Part shown: positions 20,579 to 26,800 of the stretch, one piece after another | How positions within the stretch are numbered: position 1 is the stretch's first letter | Layout: the number at the start of each line of letters is the position of its first letter | Virus record (IMG/VR): IMGVR_UViG_3300020122_000089 | Coordinates: 40,059-104,058 of that record | Length of the DNA stretch: 64,000 nt | Source: a virus | Reading direction: 5' to 3' (one strand) | Made by a program: the position numbers and the translations under genes | The notes under the pieces: generated by a model | What the model was told of the DNA's origin: nothing | Database searches by the model: none | What the model saw: only the letters and a program-made list of their open reading frames with translations

Positions 20579-21795
20579 CAGATTACCGCTGCTCCGCTTA
20601 TTTCAGTTGAATCTACTTCTAAGAATGGCTCGGCGTGAAATTCTCTCGCGCTGTTAATATCCACTTCCACTTCTTCTAGGAACGGACGCCAGTATTTATC
20701 TCTCACTACCTGCCAAGAGAGTTCTTGTTTTACAGTTTCAGCAGCTTGCAGTCCTTGTTCTGCGTATAAATCTTGATTGAGATAAATCTCTTTAATTGCT
20801 CGCGTAATTGCCGGTATAGAGGGAATTGCTTGCCAGCAGGCATTCATATTCCAGAATCTTTGTACGCTTGGTACTTTAATTCCAGCAAAAAGGTATTCTG
20901 GGCTTGCAGAGAAATCATGAACGATAACGGGCGTTCCGCATGCCTGTGCCTCCGCTTGGCAAAGGCCAAATCCTTCGCCATATGACGCCCCTAGTAAAAC
21001 ATCGGCGGCACTGTACATCATCGCCATGCGGTCATCGGATAATCCCATCGCTATGTCGTAGTCTGGCGTGTTGCAGGTGCAATCACCTAACCCGAGATTG
21101 CGGACTAAATCGTTTAAGTCAAGGCCGCCATCATTTGTAGTGGGGGTTAATGCGGTATGTAATAGCAAATCTGAATCGGGATATTCTTTGTGGAATGCGG
21201 CAAATGCTGCCATTTGTTCTGGAAATGCTTTCCTTGAAGGATAGTAGAAGTTTGCTGCCGCTATCAAGCAAATGAATTTATCCTCGCGAATTCCTAATTC
21301 CTTACGGGCCGCTTTTTTGTCTCTGGGGTAATAAATATCTGTATTAATCGCATGTGGAATGTAGATGCTAGGGATGCCAGACTTCCGCATTTCGCGTTTA
21401 CCAAATTGCGACATTGCTACAACATGTTTCGCTTCTTTCAGTATCCTTACCAATCGAGGAGGTGTCGGTATTGAATCTACCGGACTATAAGTGATCCAAG
21501 GAACACTGAACAGTCTTGGGAAGTCGCGGCTAAGCGTCCAAACATCGTGGAACGAGATTAAGCAGTCGGCCCTAGTAACCTTTACGTGCTCGCCAACTAT
21601 ATCATGACCCCAACTATCACGAAATGTTGGGAGGTATTCAACATCGTCAATCCTAGCCGGGCCGCCTTTATACCCCCAATGCGGCATGAAAAATACCTCA
21701 TGCCCTAAATCCTTAAAGGCACGGATAAGGAAGCGGGACTGAGTGCCGTATCCAGAGTTCACAAAATGGGCCACGGAGGACAAAAGGATTCGCAT
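20578..21795 (-). CDS. glycosyltransferase family 4
   Basis: SGYG N-terminal motif; GEGFGLCQAEAQACGTPVI. Confidence 0.9.
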   Translation of the reverse strand: MRILLSSVAHFVNSGYGTQSRFLIRAFKDLGHEVFFMPHWGYKGGPARIDDVEYLPTFRDSWGHDIVGEHVKVTRADCLISFHDVWTLSRDFPRLFSVPWITYSPVDSIPTPPRLVRILKEAKHVVAMSQFGKREMRKSGIPSIYIPHAINTDIYYPRDKKAARKELGIREDKFICLIAAANFYYPSRKAFPEQMAAFAAFHKEYPDSDLLLHTALTPTTNDGGLDLNDLVRNLGLGDCTCNTPDYDIAMGLSDDRMAMMYSAADVLLGASYGEGFGLCQAEAQACGTPVIVHDFSASPEYLFAGIKVPSVQRFWNMNACWQAIPSIPAITRAIKEIYLNQDLYAEQGLQAAETVKQELSWQVVRDKYWRPFLEEVEVDINSAREFHAEPFLEVDSTEISGAAVI

Positions 21796-21921
21796 TTTAA
21801 TTTCTTCCGGAAGATTTCTTTCTTTCGACGTGTCGCAATATCAAGTATACGATAAAAGCCCCTACCGCAGCGCAAATCACCGCTGCGCTGAATATTTCAA
21901 GCATGTCTCGAAACGGATGGT

Positions 21922-22614
21922 TCATCGCGGCATATTACGAAAGCTACGCACCGGATCGAATCCGTGCTGCGCAATACGGTATTTATCAGGAACTGTACCT
22001 GGATCGCCCTGTCGCGCCAATTGATTGCCTAGGTACATTGCAATTTCCTGAAAGGCGGTGTAGGGTTCAACCATTTTATAGAACTGGAAGTCTTTCAGGC
22101 AATCGTTTGGTATAAGGTTCAGGTATCGAGATTCATCTCTGGTAATAGTTAATACCGGAACGCCGAGTTCGATAAACAGAGGATGTATTTCTATCGGTGG
22201 ATTATTTAGAAAATCTTCGCGACGTTTGCGATTCCAGTTAAGCCCGCGTTGACGACCTAGCCGTCCGATAAGTCTGCGCTCTCGTTTTAATTCATCGCGA
22301 TAGCTCGGAGATGATTCCCTCAGCCCGTCTACGTTATAGACGCTAATCGGGTTTTTCTGCTCGCCTATAGATATGCGAATACAGGGATACAACCTGCCGC
22401 AAAATCCTACTATTACACGCTCGTTCATTTCTTTAAATTTATCATTTGAAGTCCATCCCCATCGTGAAATTTGCTCAGTAAGTTTTCGCGGTGGTTTATT
22501 TTTTAGGCGCTCATAATCTACGGTGAAACTACGGCGGTTATAATGTAGCTTTGGATCCAATCCAAAACCCATAGCGCCGTCATAGTAATCCTTTTTACCG
22601 CCGTGAATTTTCAT
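21922..22614 (-). CDS. phage hypothetical protein
   Basis: KDYYD...GFCG..YP...FQEIAMYL...HGFD pattern. Confidence 0.65.
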   Translation of the reverse strand: MKIHGGKKDYYDGAMGFGLDPKLHYNRRSFTVDYERLKNKPPRKLTEQISRWGWTSNDKFKEMNERVIVGFCGRLYPCIRISIGEQKNPISVYNVDGLRESSPSYRDELKRERRLIGRLGRQRGLNWNRKRREDFLNNPPIEIHPLFIELGVPVLTITRDESRYLNLIPNDCLKDFQFYKMVEPYTAFQEIAMYLGNQLARQGDPGTVPDKYRIAQHGFDPVRSFRNMPR

Positions 22615-23475
22615 TTATTCTTCCGGAAGAAACATATCCAACAACGAGTGTTTGGGTTTTATCAGCGACACTGGATGAATAGCGATAGGTGGTATATCCA
22701 TCTGCTCAATATCACAATCTGAATGGTTGCCATTACCGGAGGATAAATCAAGCACTTCTTGATTCATTCTATTGGCGGCGATTTCACAATAGCGCTCTTC
22801 GATTTCGATGCCAATGGCATGGAATCCCAAATTCTTAGCAGCTCGAAGAGTAGTACCGGATCCAAGGAACGGATCAAGGACAATACCGTCAGGCGGCATG
22901 GAAAGTGATAGCAGATGGGTAAATAAAGATAAAGGCTTTTGAGTTGGGTGGTCTAACTTGCCGGGCTGGCCATGGCGGTAACTATCAGCCTTAAAATAAT
23001 TTGGGCACGTCCCGGGACGTAAATTATTCCAGGATTTACCGGTTTTATACGCAAACACGCAAAGCTCCACACCAGAATCAAATCCAGCATGCGGTGCTGC
23101 TGGGACTGGTACGGCCTTAACCAGGACAAATGGCCTGGTCTTCCAACCTTCCCCTTCTAGCGTTGAGACAATGTCACCGAATTGTCGATGTCCGCACCAA
23201 GCGTAAATTGTATTGCTACATAAACGTGAGGCTAGTAAGATCGACCCAACTGCGCGGGCGGTACTGGCGCCCCAGTCGCTATCGTCGTTGAAAAAATCAA
23301 GTGAACGTTTCCCTTTACCCGGTTGGCGCACATGGGTGGCGCTGTTACCTAGACTAATCGAGTAAGGCGGGTCGGTTAATACTAGATCGACGGGTTCTAG
23401 CCGTGGGAGGATTTCCCTACAATCGCCGTGGTAGATTGTAATTCCACCATGTTCATAGTAGGGCGTCAACGGCAT
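22615..23475 (-). CDS. N6-adenine/N4-cytosine DNA methyltransferase (beta class)
   Basis: TDPPY, HPTQKP, DPFLGSGTT. Leaderless ATG 23475 after TTGCAA, 17 bp, TATACT. Confidence 0.9.
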   Translation of the reverse strand: MPLTPYYEHGGITIYHGDCREILPRLEPVDLVLTDPPYSISLGNSATHVRQPGKGKRSLDFFNDDSDWGASTARAVGSILLASRLCSNTIYAWCGHRQFGDIVSTLEGEGWKTRPFVLVKAVPVPAAPHAGFDSGVELCVFAYKTGKSWNNLRPGTCPNYFKADSYRHGQPGKLDHPTQKPLSLFTHLLSLSMPPDGIVLDPFLGSGTTLRAAKNLGFHAIGIEIEERYCEIAANRMNQEVLDLSSGNGNHSDCDIEQMDIPPIAIHPVSLIKPKHSLLDMFLPEE

Positions 23476-23585
23476 GATAAGAAGTATAACACAAATCAAA
23501 AACATTTGCAAGTGTTATTTTTGCGGCCGACCGCCCCTTCCTCCGTTTCTTCCGGAAGAAGGGGCAAATCGGGTTAGTTCGGTGA

Positions 23586-23861
23586 TTAGTATCGCCCTTC
23601 AAGTCGGATGCGATACAGTGTAGCGGTGCGGACGCCCGGACTAAGTTGCAGAATCAGCTTGTTACCACTGATCTGATACGTAGTAGGCGCCGATCCGTTA
23701 TATGACTCAACATCGAAGTCATCGATCTTCGTGATATAACGGGCCGTTATAGTGCCTGGACCGGAGTCGGTCGCAAGCGCTGTTGCGGTCCACCGCTCTA
23801 TCTTCTTGGTGCCCGCGTAATCGGGAGCCAAGGTGTCGACCAATGTCGGTGTAAACGCCAT
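23586..23861 (-). CDS. putative capsid decoration/cement protein
   Basis: Small beta-rich protein immediately after the MCP with strong AAGGAGG Shine-Dalgarno. Confidence 0.5.
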   Translation of the reverse strand: MAFTPTLVDTLAPDYAGTKKIERWTATALATDSGPGTITARYITKIDDFDVESYNGSAPTTYQISGNKLILQLSPGVRTATLYRIRLEGRY

Positions 23862-23888
23862 GATATGGCTCCTCCTTCTTTTTCCAGA

Positions 23889-26800
23889 TTACGCGAATGC
23901 TACGGCCGGTCCTGGCAGGTTTGTAATGTCGGAATTACTAATGAGCCAGTGGCAGCCGAAGCGGGTAGCCCCGCCTTGTGTTAGCTTATGGTTCGATTTT
24001 CCATAAGAGCAGACTATCGCATCGCCTATTTTAGGCGCCTCTTCGTTTAGTCGTTCACGCTGATTATCTTGCGCCCTGTTTGGGTTCTCACCATTCAAGT
24101 CTATTAGAAGAGGTTTTCGCATATCATTATCTCTAACAATATGGCCCCATCGGTGGAGGTCGTACTTACAGCCAAGGAACCCTATCCACTGATCGTAATA
24201 AGTCCCCCCGCTGGTGTACTGCCTGACCTGAAGCGTATCACGCGCATACGCCCCGAACTTCATTCATCTGTAATCTCCGGTTTTCACCGGAGTGTCGGAC
24301 TATATTATCGGCTGTAAACATTACAGTCGCCGGGCGCTCTAGCTGGTAAATTAAAGGGACTAAACCCTTCCAGTAGTCTCTACACCTTCCGAGGGTGTAC
24401 CCTCGACTTGGCTCGGTATTACCATACTATTTATTTCGTTTAGGCTTCACCGAATTCACCCGGTTAATTTCCCCTAGCATCACTGCTAGGTGAGCCAATT
24501 GTTAGTTTAGCTCGTACACATTGATTTCCGCCGGATTCACACCGTACGTCCTGTCCGGGTCAATCGCGACATGGGTTTCCCAGGTAATGCCTTCTCCAAA
24601 TTTCACGTCAGTGAACGTTTTGTTACTTCCCTTTCGGGAGGGTATATCATTTCTGTATACCTCTGTATGTTTCCATACAGCCCAGACTATCTCATATTCT
24701 CACTTGACAATGGCGCCTGTTTCATGTTATAATGTTTGGCATTATGCCACAAAAATTCGGACGCTTAACTGTTCTGGGTAGGTCTTACAACAATCCATCT
24801 AAATTTCAATTCGCCAGATGGACCTGTTTATGCGATTGCGGAAACATCGTAGAGCCACTTGCAATTCATGTGCGATCTGGAAACACCCAATCCTGCGGAT
24901 GCTTGCAGCGCGAAGCTGCGAGCAGACAGGGTAAGGCGAATGCTACGCATGGACTGTCGGGTACGCCTGAGGCCTACATCTACTATGCAATGCTTCAAAG
25001 GTGTTTTAACCCGGAGCATCCTAGCTATCAAAACTATGGCGGCCGTGGTATTACGGTATGTGAAAGATGGATTGGTGCTGAAGGATTGGCCAACTTTCTC
25101 GCCGATCTCGGGCCGCGCCCTAGTTCTGATTTGACACTCGAACGCAAGAATAACGATGGAAACTACGATCCCGATAATTGTAAATGGGATACACGCGATA
25201 ATCAGAATCGCAATTATCGTCGCAACCGATTTCTTACCTTTAATGAAAAGACGCAGTGTATCGCCGATTGGGCCAGCGAAACAGGTCTCTCTCATGATAC
25301 AATTAGCTATCGGTTGGCTCATGGATGGTCCGTCGAAAAGACTCTAACTACACCTACCAAAAACAGTCTCAAGTAAGAACCGGGGCGTTATTAGGCTCTT
25401 ATTGGATTGACTCCTCAAGCCTTAGTCGTTGCACCTGCCCGCCTACTTTTACGTCATTCGGCGAGATTGGCTCAGGATTTCCATGTCTCAAATTAACGAG
25501 ATTTAGGATTCCCTGAATTAACCCCGTTTGCTTACAGATGTTACCACCTGTAGGGACTTCTTTACAGAAATCCATTCTTAGCGATCCACCGCCCCCGTCA
25601 AAACGTTGCAAATTATATCCGTTCGTTGCTGTTATCCGGCCTACGCCGAAACTGGTCATTTCTGCCAGTTTCTTGCGGTTATTTTTCCCGCAAGACCAGA
25701 ACATTGCATCATCCTTATAGGATGTCGCCTCATTTGTTCGTTCACGCTGATTTCTTCCGGAAGAAACCTTGCGCCTCGTTGGCATTTCAGCCTCCGGGTC
25801 GATTACAGGCGATTTGCATCCCCGTATCACTACAGGACGGTCCAGGATTCCAGACATGTAGGCAGCTTTTTGGGTCGGGGAGGAAAGGATCAAAGTGTTA
25901 CCTGGGTTGTCGGTCCGATACCTGAGGCTAAAGTGCACCTCTACGAGCAATGCTACCTGCAATCTCTGTTGAGATGCATTTAGAACAATGCTCTTTAGGT
26001 ATGGACGGTTGGATCTGAGTTGACCTTGGATTTCCCCCTTATGTGTTAGCTTACGATTTTTCTTTTCGTAAGAACAGACTATCGCATCATCCTGACGTGC
26101 ATACAGGACGCCTTCTCGTTTAGTCGTTCACGGTAGATTCTTCCGGAAGAATTATCCTTCCGCCCTATCAGCATTGCAGCTTTTAAGTCGATCAGAGAAG
26201 GTTTTCTATTCATCGTCACCGATGAATGCACCCGAGATTGAGTGTCATTGTTTACAAGATCGGTCACAATCTGTTACCTCTTCCTTGTGGAAGCGGGCGA
26301 GTCGTTTCCGCTCACCTCTGCATGTTACCATGCAGTTCAGACTATATCTTTCTGAGTTTTCTTGATAAGCATTCTTAGCGCCTCCGTATCCGGAAAACCC
26401 TTCTTGATTAGGTAATGAATCGCCGCCGCTTTTACGTTCAATGTTTCAGCCCAAGCGGTGATACATTGCGTAACGTCATCGAGTGTTATCATGTGATTAC
26501 GCCGCGTATTACGCATCTGCTCTTTCTTGGTTGCCCACTTCACATTCCCTGGTTCGTAATTGCCGTTGTTGTCAATGCGCTCAAGAGAATGTTCTGGTGA
26601 TGGCCTTTCACCTACATCGGCGATCCAGTTTTCAAAGCCGTGCTCGCCAATCCACCTATCGGCAACCTTTATGCCACGTCCACCGTAATTTGGATAAGAA
26701 ATCCCCGATTTTCTACGGCAGCGTGTAAGCATGGCGCAGTACAATTCATACTCCACCGTATGCGAACGTCCATGCGTTCGGTTACCTGCCGCGGCGGCTT

